DNA of 64,000 nt from Scyliorhinus canicula (taxonomy: Eukaryota). How positions within the stretch are numbered: position 1 is the first letter of the stretch; the number at the start of each line of letters is the position of its first letter. The notes below the pieces were generated by a model that saw only the letters and a list, made by a program, of their open reading frames with translations, made no database searches and was not told the origin of the DNA. Positions 12,991-24,392 of the stretch are shown one piece after another. The position numbers and the translations under genes are program-made. Where the stretch lies: positions 137,620,737-137,684,736 of the forward strand of contig NC_052160.1 of NCBI RefSeq assembly GCF_902713615.1, given 5' to 3'.

Positions 12991-14576
12991 AAATCAATTC
13001 CATCCCCCTTTAAGGTCCCCCCCCCCCCCCCCCGTTTTCAAACACCCCTCAACCCTCCAACCTTGGGGTGCCACTGGGAACCCTCTCAACGCCCCCCCCC
13101 CCCCCCCCTCCCCATCGGTAAAGAACAGGAGGGAAAAATCCCGGCCAATGCCTTTCATGATTTCCATTGACAGGATTGAAATAATGAGAAGCACAGCAAC
13201 ATAACACTGGCGAACAAAACATTCAAACCAAATAGGTTTTAGCTCCCATTTCCAGACAGAAAACGGGCCTGACTATACAGCTTTCCTCAAGTCTGTTCCA
13301 ATAAACTGGTGCTGACGTATACTTCATGGAAGCCGTTTTTTTACAGGTGGACTTCAGTCAGTGCAGATACAGATTACCGCTTTGTGTTTTTAATTTTCAT
13401 GCCATGTATAATTAACAGCTTGCCAGCGTTTGGACTGTGTGAGGAAGCCGGAGACCCACAGAGAAACCCACGCAGACACGGGGGCGAATGTGCAAACTCC
13501 ACACAGACGGTCACCCAAGGCCGGAAGTGAACTCGGGGCCCCTGGCGCTGTGAGGAAGCACTGCTAACCACTGATAAGAGGAGGGAAGACATTTGCCACG
13601 TTTTGCGAGGGCCACAAAGAATCCAGCACAAGTTGAAGGATGGAAAGAAATAACATTTATTTACAATAACGTATATACGCAGCAGCAGCAGCAATTTCCC
13701 TAGCTGCTCACTCTCCTCTAGCCGATTCCAAACTGGCCAGCTTTATTTATTCAGGGAGTCTGCTGACGATTTCTCCGCCCCCCCCCCCCCCCCCCCCCCC
13801 CCTCATTAGGGAAGCTCATACTCCCAAAGGATTGTTGGATTGCCATTAGTCCCCAGCCAGTGGTAAGCAGGCAGGTTATAACACCATGAGACTGCATAAC
13901 CGGTCATGTACTCACAGAATATGCTGTTTAAACATGCGGATCGAGACAGTGCAGAATGGCCTTTGTTAATTTGGAGACGCGCATTTAGACATCAGCGCAG
14001 ACTGTGTTCCACAAAACGTTTAGGCTCCAACACGGCAGGCATAAAAATATATTGTAGTTACCGAAATGATGCAGCAGGAACCAAGTAAACTCATTAACCT
14101 CTCTAATTAGCTCAATCCTGGCCGACAAAAATCCCCCTCATGGTCAGAAAGTGGGGAAAACGGTTTCCGCAGCCCACGAGGAATTTTATTCTGAGAGGTA
14201 AGTTGATGATGGACCGCCATTTGGGGAGAATGTTGATTGGAAAGTTATTTTCCTGCTCGTGAAAGTAACCTCCCTCAGCTGCCGCATTTATGTTGTCACG
14301 GTGATTGATTAGAATAGAGTCTATTCAATAGACTGTTTCCCTTTTCTAAACGTGTGAGGAAGCACTTGGAACTGTTAATGTGTAAGAAGAGGTTAAAGAG
14401 TAATCTACCTGAATACAGAGTATTAGAATTTACCATCAAGGTGCCTAAACTGAATCAGACCCCTCCACATTTATTTAGTCTCCGGAATGTAAGTGTCCCA
14501 CGACCCAGGCCTTTAGTCAGGTTGGGGAACATGGATACAGGCTCTGCAGTTGGTGCCCGACCTCTTTCTCATTCTG

Positions 14577-14588
14577 AAAGAGGAACTG
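14577..14588 (+). promoter_or_regulatory. Candidate PU.1/SPI ETS site upstream of gene 2
   Basis: AAAGAGGAACTG about 120 bp before the ATG, plus a second GAGGAA at ~14612. Motif match only. Confidence 0.45.
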
Positions 14589-14705
14589 AGAAATTTGGCT
14601 GCAATTTGAAGGAGGAAATGACAAATACAAAGTAGAAAACCACCAGAGTGAAAGACAGCAGAGCTCTGAGCTGGGAGACATCACCCACCCAAAACACTCC
14701 AAACA

Positions 14706-14745
14706 ATGGAATTAATTGCTCTTCTAATTCTAATGCCGGTATCAA
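14706..14745 (+). CDS. Gene 2 exon 1, signal peptide
   Basis: ATG GAA TTA ATT GCT CTT CTA ATT CTA ATG CCG GTA TCA A|gtgagt = MELIALLILMPVS. The phase-1 end joins the phase-1 V exon (A+AT = Asn). Confidence 0.85.
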
Positions 14746-15584
14746 GTGAGTTCCTTTTTTTTTAAACGTTGATCTTTAATATTCTTAAAAAGCATTTTTT
14801 TGCAACCTGAGCTGATGCGACCCAGAAACACTGAACTGACTCAGGCACCGGTGGTTTTGTCGGTGTGAGCTGCGGATGGTGTTACAAGTTGTAGGTGTTG
14901 TTGGAAAAGCCACGAATCTGCTCCTCCAGCATCTTCAATCAGCCTTCGCTCCTTTCCGCGCTTCCCCCTCTGCATTCTCACTCCATCTGCCTCGTCGCAG
15001 CTCTGTCTTCCCTGAAACACCAGCTCTTCATCAATCACAGGAAACTAACTTTGTTCTCTTTTCAGTTTAACACAACAAGTTCTGTGGGGGGGGCACCTTG
15101 ACCTCAGTAAAAGCTCTCAAGCAGATTCACATGGTGTTCCCTCAGCAGGTTGCATAGATGAATAGGGAACCTAGAAGACATGTATGTGTGTCTTAAATGG
15201 CAAACTGTGGAATATTCTTCTTCAGTATAGAAGTAGATTTGGAGAACAAAGACTCACAATCGGCTGTTTTATTTCAGCCAAGATCACCAGCGTGAGAATA
15301 GACATTGAGTGGTTCTTTCTGTTTAAATGAATCTGCATTGCGACACATGTCTTTACCAGGGATTATTTCATCATATTTCTCAGCATCAGCTCGGAGCTGA
15401 CAATTCTCTTCCTGTACCTGTTCATGTCGTCCAACATCATTTCCCATCTGCTTTTTAGTGACAAAATTAGCACAGGCCACCTCCTTAGCCAATTCAGTCT
15501 TTGTGTGTTTACAAACTAACGGAGCCACAGAGAACCTGCCTTAACCCCCCTGTCCCCCTATTGCATGGTTATCTTGTTGAATCA

Positions 15585-15888
15585 GAACCGTAGAATTTCT
15601 GCAGTGCCGAAGGAAGCCATTCAGCCCATTGAGTCTGCACTGACCCTCTGAAAGAGCAGCCTACCAAGGCCCACAACCCCAACCCTATCCCCGTAACCCA
15701 TAACATCACCCAACTTGCACATCTTTGGACACTAGTCTGTGGGATGAAACCGGAGCACCCGGAGGAAAACCACACGGACACAGGCAGAAAGTTCAAACTC
15801 CACACAAAAAGTAGCCGAAGGCCAGGATTGAACCCGAGTCCCTGGCACTGTCAGGCAGCAGTGCTAACCACTGTGTCACCCTGCTGTC
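15585..15888 (-). mobile_element. HE1-like SINE (copy B ~38320-38620); further copies at ~13400-13570, 47560-47870, 48850-49160 (+), 50905-51250 and 52540-52860
   Basis: Shared core AAACCGGAGCACCCGGAGGAAACCCACGCAGACACGGGGAGAA and a tRNA-like head. Confidence 0.8.
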
Positions 15889-16164
15889 TCTCAGACATTG
15901 ATGCTTAGATTTAAAACCCTAGTTTCAGTTTGATCGACATCACTTTCAAACTTAGTGTGAAGTATTTTCATATTGTGGTCACTCTTTCCGAAATACTATT
16001 ATTAATTAGCCTATATTCATCGCACAATACTGGATCTAAATTAGCAAGTTCCTCAGTGCACTATTCTAGACATCCATCTCCCATACATTCCATGAATTCA
16101 TCTTCCACAACATTAATACTAATTAGGTTCACCTAACCTATTAGTACATTGATAAATAAATAAT

Positions 16165-16372
16165 CAATAACCTTTATTGACACAAGCAGGCTCACATTAA
16201 CACTGCAATGAAGTTACTGTGAAAAGCCCCTAGTTGCCACATTCCGGCGCCTGATCAGGAACACAGAGGGAGAATTCAGAATTCTCAGCTGATACGGGAA
16301 TTGAACCCACGCTGCTGGCCTTGTTCTGCATCACAAACCAGCTGTCAAGCCCACTGAGCTAAACCAGCCCCC
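16165..16372 (-). mobile_element. Second tRNA-derived SINE family (copy B ~38898-39105; also ~52250-52430 + and ~54275-54440 -)
   Basis: Shared GAAGTTACTGTGAAAAGCCCCTAGT core and GGGAATTGAACC B-box (minus). Confidence 0.75.
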
Positions 16373-17229
16373 AAAGCTTCCAAGAACATTGTATTATTTT
16401 TGTCAGACAGATCGCTAATTTCCTGATGTATATTGTGGTTTACTAAACCAATACTACTTGGTGGCCGATAGACTACGCCCACCAATGTTTTCTGCCTGTT
16501 GCTGTTTCTTAGTTCCACCCAAACTAATTCGATGGGTGCAATTTAATAGAAAAATAGAGTCCCGCTTTGGGCGCATTTACCACGGTGTTTCCGACGCTTG
16601 GTAGCACAGAGAATGATCCCGCTATTATATAGGACTCTTTTTCCGGCCTCGGAGAGGAACGCCCCACTTGGACTCATTTCCCGCTCAGCTTGCCAATGCA
16701 GGAAGAGATCTGGGCACCAATTTTAAATGGTGCCCAATTCTCAACCACCCATTGCAGCCTCCGAGTCCCACCCAGTGCCCCAATTTACCAATTAGGGGCT
16801 CCACGAGCCACCCCATAATCCATCTCATTAGGGCCGGGCAGCCCCTGTCCCAATCCCTTGCACAGGTAACCTGGCACATAGGTGCCTTGATACTGCCAGC
16901 CTGAGATCCTGGCAGTGCCCATGCCCACCTGTCAGTGTTACTTGGGCACCCTGGCAGGGCCAGAGTGGTAGTGACAGTGTGACACTGCCAGAATTCCAGC
17001 GTGGAAGTGCCAAGGTGCCGGCGTGGCATCAGGAGTGCCACCGTGCCCAGAGCCTGACACCCCCAGCCCTCCGATCGCCACGGCGATCCCCAAATGACAT
17101 TATGCCTGGCACACATTTGTGGAAACCAGCACCATGGCGGGGTCTCGGAGGTGGGGCCATTCGATTCTGAGCCTTGCGCAACTTCTCACTAACTACTCAC
17201 TTGAATATGGCAACGTTAGATCGCGTGAG

Positions 17230-17820
17230 ATATAACAAGCATCGCAAACCTCAAATCCCTGGCGAGATATCACAAACGCTGCATCCGCAAAATCCTGCAA
17301 ATCCACTGGCAGGATAGGCGTCCCAACCTGAGAGCCCTCTCCCAGGACAATATCCCCAATATCGAGGCACTGGTCGCGCTCGACCAGCTGCAATGGGTGG
17401 GCCACATTGCCCGTATGCCCGATTCCCAAGACAAGTGCTCTAATCTGAGCTCCCCAATGGCAAGACATCACCAGGAGGGCAGAGGAACCACTACAAGAAC
17501 ACTCTGAAAGTTTCCATAAATAAATGCAACACCCCAGGAACAGGTGGGAATTGGTTGCCTGAGAAGAAACAAACTGGGAAAAAACATCGGCGCGGAAGCC
17601 AATCACCTCGGGCGTCGCAGGGTGGAGCACGCACAGGCCAAGTGTAAACCGTGGAAAGAGATTGAGAATCCAGAATGACCCAACCATCCACCTCATCAAT
17701 CACCGCCTGCCAGATCTCTGGCAGCGTCTGCGGATCCACGATTGGACTATTCAGCCACCGCAGAACCCACCTCCCCAGAGTGGAACCAGTCATCCTCGAC
17801 CCTGAGGTACTGCCTTGAAG
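17230..17820 (+). mobile_element. RTE-clade LINE 3' fragment (copy B ~39962-40552)
   Basis: RCIRKILQIHWQDR...LDQLQWVGHIARMPD...GGQRNHYKNTLK is typical of the RTE ORF2 C-terminus. Confidence 0.8.
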
Positions 17821-17900
17821 ATGAAGTCCCTTGGTGCCAATGTCAGTCTGTCCATCCACACTATGCCCTTTAATCTTGTCTAAACAATCTGCAAGAATAT

Positions 17901-18470
17901 GGGGCGAGATTCTCTGCTCACCAGGGGGACGGACTGGACTGACGCGATGGAGTGGCGTGAACCACTCCGGGGTCGGGCACCTTCGGGGGCTAGGTCGGCG
18001 CTGGAGGGGTTGGCGTCGCGCCAACCAGCACCGAAGGGCCTCTGCCGGCCGGCGCGTGTTGGCGCATGTGCGGGAGCACCAGCGTGTGCTGGCCTCAACC
18101 CAGCGCATGCGCAGGGAGGTTCTTCACCGCGCCGGCAATGGCAGACCGTTACAGCGGCTGGCGTGGAGGGAAAGAGTTCCCCCACAGCACAGGCCCGCCC
18201 GCGGATCGGTGGGCATCGATCGCGGGCCAGGCCACCGTGGGTGCACCCCCTGGGCCAGATCCCCCCCCCCCCCAAGGACTCCGCAGGCCGCCCTCAGAGC
18301 CCGGTCCCGCCAGTACGGACCTGGTTTGATTTACGCCAGCGGGACCGGCGCGATTCCCGCCCCTGCCAAAACCCTGGCACCGGAGAATTCGGCAGCCGGC
18401 GTCGGGTCGGGATTCACGCCGCCCCCCCGGCGATTCTCCCACCCAGCGGGGGGTCGGAGAATCCCACCCC
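17901..18470. mobile_element. PIF/Harbinger-type MITE, copy A
   Basis: Termini GGGGCGAGATTCTC...GAGAATCCCACCCC; same family core as the other MITEs. Confidence 0.8.
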
Positions 18471-19487
18471 TCATACTTGTTGTTCAACTGGAAGGGCTGA
18501 AGATCCTGCACTCCCTCCTTCTCAATCCCCTTAACCTACTTGACTCACATGTCACACCCTTCAGTCCCTGATCACTAAACAAATCAGAGGATGCTAATCA
18601 AGACAGTGTGGACTGCCTTCTGGAAAAATGTTTCCAGGTAACGTTCCTGCTCGCTGATGCATTCCAATGTCCGTGATGTGACCATCAATTCACGCGAGAC
18701 AGAGAGTTGGATTGCAGTGGTAGCCATGAGCCCCCACGTGCTGTAGTCTGAACAAAAACTGATACATCTTTGTATCAATTAAATTTATTTTGCTTAATTA
18801 ATTTGTGGTTCCCCTCTTCACAAAACTCACTCTTGCACACACTCAAGCACTCGTGTACTCCAGCATTCGTGCACTCGCGCACGCACTCGTGTACTCAAGC
18901 ACTCAAGCATCCGTGCTTGTCAAGGGTGTCTAGGCCACATGTTTAAACATAAATCTCATCCCTGATACCTTTTTAATTGTTATTGCCGGTCCGACAGTTC
19001 ACCCCACCCTCCATTGATTGAAATTGAAGTTAAATCAAAAGACACTCTGACTAATCGGCCCACCCAGCAACTGTAAAATTAGATGGGCCACGTAAACTTT
19101 GCTTTCATTGATCCCTTACTGGGCTAAAGTGCCCCTAAAGTGATTGTGGGTGGGCACACATCTGACCCTCACGTGCACCCGCCAATTGAAATAATTTGCA
19201 AGTGCACAATGACGTTGGGATGCGCTCCTGACGCTTCTCCGCGAGATAGACACGCTCCCGGGTCAGGCAGGGCCTTGCCAGAGCAATGTAATATTCTGAC
19301 CTGTGTACAGGCAGTGATTTGACAGATTGTTGGTGAAATGAGGTGAATGATTGTTGGGGAAATGTGACATGATCGGTAATTGCAAAGGAGATTGCCCTAA
19401 CAATGAAACAGCCGCGTTTACTTGGTTGTTGTTTTTGTTGATTCTGATGAAGCTATTAGTAACCTTTCGTCATTAATATCCCAACAG

Positions 19488-19811
19488 ATTTGTGTCAATT
19501 AACTGGACCCGAGAAGGTTTCTGGGGAATTAGGAAGATCAATCACTGTGAACTGTCTGTATGATCGGAAATACGAGGACAATGTTAAACAATGGCGTAAA
19601 GGTCTTTATTACATAACAAGTTCTGTTGTGGTTTCCACTGAACATCCAGAAAAAGGAAAAGTAACTCTGACTGACAACAGAACACAAGGAATATTTTCAG
19701 TGACCATGGACAAGCTAATGAAGAGCGATGAAGGACGATACTGGTGTGTGATAGGAACAGGAGCATTTAAATATGATGAAAAGGTTCCTGTTGACATAGA
19801 ATTATCTGAAG
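19488..19811 (+). CDS. Gene 2 Ig V-set domain exon, CD300/pIgR/CMRF35-like
   Basis: ccaacag|AT...GAA G|gtaaga, 324 nt, phase 1-1. SITVNCxYDRKYEDNVKxW...FSVTMDKLxxSDxGRYWC has the B- and F-strand Cys, C-strand Trp and D-x-G-x-Y-x-C motif; the CxYxxxYxxxxKxW pattern is typical of CD300/pIgR V domains. Confidence 0.95.
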
Positions 19812-20441
19812 GTAAGATACTAACGGATTTCCTTTTAATTTATTCAGTCAAAATGCTAACATTTGAAATCAGAAATACCACCTGTCCCACCAGAGGACCA
19901 GCAGCTCAACAGACTTGACAATGTCACCAAACGGCGTGGCCACTGCTGAGGCTGCAGGAACGCTGCCTCTGCTGAGAGGATTGAATTGGCAGCGGATCTG
20001 TTCACAGACAGACATTTCTCACGTGTGGTTCAGCCGCAAAGTAATTGGGTGAATTTTAACAGTTAAATAGACGCACGTTTGGATGTGTGCAAAGGGTTAC
20101 ATCAAGTCACAGAAAGTTGGGATCCCGATAGCATCCAGTGCCCTTTCAGGATATCCGTGGGAAGGTTTGATGGGGGGCGGGGAACCCTCGTGCAGCTCGC
20201 TGTCAGATATGTCATTTGCATATTCAGATAAGCAATTAAGTTCTATTTAAATTAAGGATTCTGACCTTAACAGACAGCGGACTTCTTTTCCAAGCTGCTT
20301 GGAACTTACTCGTGTCACTGAGGCGACTGCACAACATTTCTTCAATAAAACTGACAGGCTGGGAAGCCTTTGACAGTGAAAATGACGAGCCTCAGTTTCC
20401 CAGACCTGGCCGATCACCCGGGTGGGTAACCTTGCCAATGG

Positions 20442-20597
20442 CCACCCAGCTGGCTGTCCCCACACCCCACCCTCTAACCCACCCAGCTGGCTGTCCCCAC
20501 ACCCCACCCTCTAACCCACCCAGCTGGCTGTCCCCACACCCCACCCTCTAACCCACCCAGCTGGCTGTCCCCACACCCCACCCTCTAACCCACCCAG
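20442..20597. repeat. Minisatellite, 37-bp unit x ~4.2
   Basis: CCACCCAGCTGGCTGTCCCCACACCCCACCCTCTAAC repeated four times without mismatch, plus a partial unit. Confidence 0.95.
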
Positions 20598-20678
20598 GTC
20601 TCTGCCTCTCCCTGAGGTTCTGTCCTCCCTTCTCCACAAGGAGAGGTCGGGAGTTGTGAGTGTTGGAAATGGCTTGTG

Positions 20679-20874
20679 CAGGGCAGCCTCACGGCGCCGA
20701 GGTCCCAGGTTCGATCCCGGCTCTGGGTCACTGTCCGTGTGGAGTTTGCACATTCTCCCCGTGTCTGCGTGGGTTTCGCCCCCACAACCCAAAGATGTGC
20801 AGAGTAGGATTGGCCACACTAAATTGCCCCTTAATTGGAAAAAATGAATTGGGTACTCTAAATAAAAAAAAGAA
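20679..20874 (+). mobile_element. HE1-like tRNA-derived SINE, 5'-truncated, recent
   Basis: B-box GGTTCGATCCC, A-rich tail, 13-bp TSD GAAATGGCTTGTG (20666-20678, 20875-20887). Confidence 0.88.
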
Positions 20875-21272
20875 GAAATGGCTTGTGTGAATAAGAGGGA
20901 AGGGTGTGAAGGGTGACTGCGTGCCATGGACTAACAAATGCATCCCAGTATTTTACCTTTAAAAAGGAACGATCAGCTGAATTAAGTGACTCAAATGGTA
21001 TGGGGTGGAAATTTCATATTTTAAAAATGTGGCGTAGTCAAGAGAATAATTGGGTCAAAATCCAGGAACACCCCTCCCTAACAGCACTGTGGGTTTACCT
21101 GCAACGCATGGACTGCAGCGGTTCAAGAAGGCAGCTCACCCTCCACCTTCTCAAGAACAGTTAGTGATGGATAATGAATGTTGGCTTCGCCCGCAACACC
21201 CACATCCCAGAAATGAATATTGAAATAGATCGCATTCATTAATAAAATGTTCAACGGCTTCCTCTATTATAG

Positions 21273-21360
21273 AACTGCAATGGACTTCAACAATGGGCCC
21301 TAACACCAGGATAGCATCGGATACTGTGACACCTTCTTCTTCCATAAGTCCCAATCACAT
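21273..21360 (+). CDS. Gene 2 Ser/Thr/Pro-rich stalk exon
   Basis: ctattatag|AA CTG...CAC AT|gtaagt, phase 1-2. Encodes ELQWTSTMGPNTRIASDTVTPSSSISPNH. Homologous to 44009-44114. Confidence 0.85.
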
Positions 21361-22305
21361 GTAAGTTGAAATCAATATATTTGTTTCTTTAGTAACCATA
21401 TATAAGGAATGGCAGCCTACAGAACATTAGCCAAGATGACCCTATAGAGCTGACAGCAAGATTGTACTTCAGTATTCTTTGGGCAGTCGCAGTTCAAAGT
21501 ACAGCCAACCCTATATCTACGGGTCAGGTGGCTTTTTTGGGCAAATCAGATTTCAAGGACTATTATTTTTAATTTGTTCATGGGACGTGGGTGTCGCTGG
21601 CTGTGCCTGCATTTATTGCCTAGCCCTAATTGCCCTTGAGGGGCAGTTAAGAGTCAACCACATTGATGTGGGTCTGGAGTCACACATAGGCCAGACCGGG
21701 TAAGGGAGGCAGATTTCCTTCCCAAAAGGACATTTGTGAATCAGATGGGTTTTTATGACAATCGACAAAAGTTTCATGGTCATTTTTAAGCTTTTAATTC
21801 CCAATTTTTATTGAATTCAAATTTCACTAACTGCAGTGGCAGGAATTGAACCAGGGACCCCGAGAGTTCTCTGGGTCACCAGTCCAGTGACAATCCCACT
21901 ATGCCACCGCCGTCCCAAGTCCCCTATTTAGCAGTTAGATAAGTAAATGAAAACTGCAGCATTATATCATGGCAATTGTTCTGGTCAAGCCTGAGTATCG
22001 AAATGTATTTTATCACGTCAGACATTACAAAATCACAGAAACTTTGCAGTGCGAAAGGAGTCCATTTGGCCCATCGTGTCTCCACCAGCTCTCTGAAAAA
22101 AGCATGCTGCCAAGTCCTCTGCCTTATCCCAGTAACATTGCAGATTTTTTTCTTTTCAAATAGCAATCCAATTCCCTTTCGAATACTTAGATCGAATCTA
22201 CCTCCACCGCCATCAGAGGAAGTTCATTCCAGCCTCTGGATGAAACATTTCCTCACACCACTTTTACTCCTTTTGCCAAGAGATTCTCACTTGAGTGGAA
22301 ACAGT

Positions 22306-22954
22306 GGGCGGGATTCTCTGATCCTGAGGCTAAGTGTTGACGCAGTCGTAAACGGTGTCGCGTTCCTCGATGCCGTCAACATGCCCTCAGGAGCAGCGAT
22401 TATGACCCCTACAGGGGGCAAGCACGGCACTGGAATGACCCATACCGCTCCAGCTGTCGATACAGGTGTCAGATGGGCATCGCGGGTCTGCGCATGCGCA
22501 GTGCGAAAGGTGCCAATGCGCGCAAGCGTGGTGGGTCCCTTCTCCGCGCCGGCTCGATGCAACATGGCGTAGGGTGACAAGGCCGGCAGGGAATGAAAGA
22601 GGCCCCCAGCCTGAGAGGCCGGCCCACCGATTGGTAGGCCCTGATCGCGGAGTCCCCTCCCCCCAGGGTCGGACCCCCCTTCCCTCCCCCACCAGGCTAC
22701 CCACAGATGGATGGATGCCGAGGCCCCACCGGGTAAGGCCACATGTGGACGGTGCTGGAGCTGCTCGGATTTGTTGTCCAGCCGCTCGGCCCATCCCGGG
22801 CGGGAATCGCCGGGGGGGGGGGCGCGTAGTGCGGCCCTGACCGGCGCCCCGATTCCCCACTCTCCGGAGAGTCGGCAGACCGCCGTCGCGGCAGCGTCGC
22901 GCAATTCACGCCCAGCCAGACGATTCTCCAGCCTGGGCTGAGAGAATCCCGCCC
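22306..22954. mobile_element. PIF/Harbinger-type MITE (its copy-A counterpart ends at 101)
   Basis: 14-bp TIR GGGCGGGATTCTCT, 3-bp TSD AGT, inserted in a CR1 3' fragment. Confidence 0.88.
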
Positions 22955-24392
22955 AGTATCTCATTAATTCCCCTGCCCATACCCCTCAGGGTCATGAACA
23001 CCTCTATCAAGTCTCTTCTCAGCCTTATTTTCTCCAAGGAAAACAGTCCGAACTTCTCCAATCCATCCTCATAGCTACAGATCTTAATCCCTGGAATCAT
23101 TCTTGTGTATCCCCTCTGTACTGCCTCCCATGCCTTCAAAACGTCCTCATGTATGACGGCGAGAACGGGACACAATCTCAAGATGAGACCTAACCACCCA
23201 GAAGGTGAAAAATAGTAAAATCTCAGAAATAATAATACTGATCCACTTTGTTTTTCTCCATGCGTAGCGTCTTATACAAGTTCAACATGACGTCCTTACT
23301 CTTGTACACAATGCCCCGATAGGATCGCTTATTCTATCTTCTGATAAGATCAAAAGTCCGGTTGATTGGAGGTGTCCAAAATACAACTTTTATTTGCTAA
23401 TTATTCACCTTAATACACTTGCAAAAAAACTAAATCAAAATCGTTGATCAAAAAATACAGAAACTTGTCAGAACATAGCGAAAAGCGTAAAACATAAAGC
23501 AGAAGAAAAGTTCAAATAAAATTACTTCAAAACAAATTAAGTCGATAGATGGTTCAAAAATTCATGAAAGCATAAATTTGGACCAACCCCTTAACCACGA
23601 GGTCTTTCTCTTAAGGAAATTTCTATCGATGGTCTAATCCCTCATTCACTCTCATTGGTTTCAAATACTCAGCTGAGACCTCCTGGTTTATTCAAATAGA
23701 TGTTTGTCACTTAGAAGATGATTTATTAATCAAACATTGGTCATTACTTGAGATTTACTAATGTCCATCAAAATTAATTCAGTGTCTACATGCGCACCAC
23801 TGTACGAGGATAAGATGCTCCCGTCATGGCGAGCTATTAACCTTGCTGTTGCTAATTATCTGATACATTTTCATTACTAAATGCACTAGAATACAATGGT
23901 CTATACATTATACAAAATATTTTATGAAACAATGTCTGAATTTATGCAGGCATGGCACCAAAGTTCAAGAGTGTATTCATTATCTGAAACAGTGACTATC
24001 ATTCTGCAGTTAGGGTGTCTTGAATAATTTTCTTCTCAAGCTATACACTCAATCAATCCTTAAAGGCAGCAAATAAATAAATCAATCAATAATTTGTCAG
24101 TCTGTATTAATAAAGCCTAAGATCCTATTAGCTTTATTAACCTCTCCACATGCCCTGCCAGCTTCATATGCATCTCCAGTGATATCCATCTGGGCACCTC
24201 CTTTAGAGCTTCTCCCTTTGTTTCTGCTGTCTCTCTATTTTCTTCCTGCCAAAATGAATCACCTCACACTTCTCTATATTGAACTTCACCTGCCACTTGT
24301 ATGTCTAATCCGCCAACATATCTGTCCCTTTAAAGTTCAGGACTATCCTCATCAAAGTTGACAAAGGTTCCACTCCACATATTACATTGCTT

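Larger units (their letters stand above)
1..19952 (+). repeat. Segmental duplication copy A (left end lies outside the window)
   Basis: Colinear with 22854-42770 (offset 22853 at position 1). Similarity ends after ...CCACTGCTGAGGC at 19952/42770. Many ORF-track peptides occur twice. Confidence 0.97.

Noticed and set aside
14140-14197. ATG-initiated phase-1 exon with a gtaagt donor (MVRKWGKRFPQPTRNFILR)
   Set aside because: Basic and not signal-peptide-like. It could at most be a non-coding or alternative 5' exon, and there is no support for that.
16668-18571. Numerous overlapping 60-250 aa Pro/Gly/Arg-rich ORFs here and at 10000-11900, 22300-22960, 33300-35750, 40200-41400, 49600-49900 and 56500-57070
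   Set aside because: All lie in GC-rich MITE or Harbinger sequence, where stop codons are rare; they are open in several frames on both strands.
18591-18637. ATG...CCAG|gtaacg as the leader exon
   Set aside because: Phase 2 (the V exon needs phase 1) and not hydrophobic. The exon at 14706-14745 fits much better.
19812-19918. ORF-track extensions of the V ORFs (19490-19918, 42308-42802) as secreted V-only isoforms
   Set aside because: They start at TTG just inside the exon and read through a strong gtaaga donor. There is no nearby poly-A signal, and the extension has several differences between copies. Intron retention cannot be excluded without RNA.
20442-20597. 37-bp repeats as a CRISPR array
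   Set aside because: Head-to-tail units with no spacers, in a vertebrate context with no cas genes.
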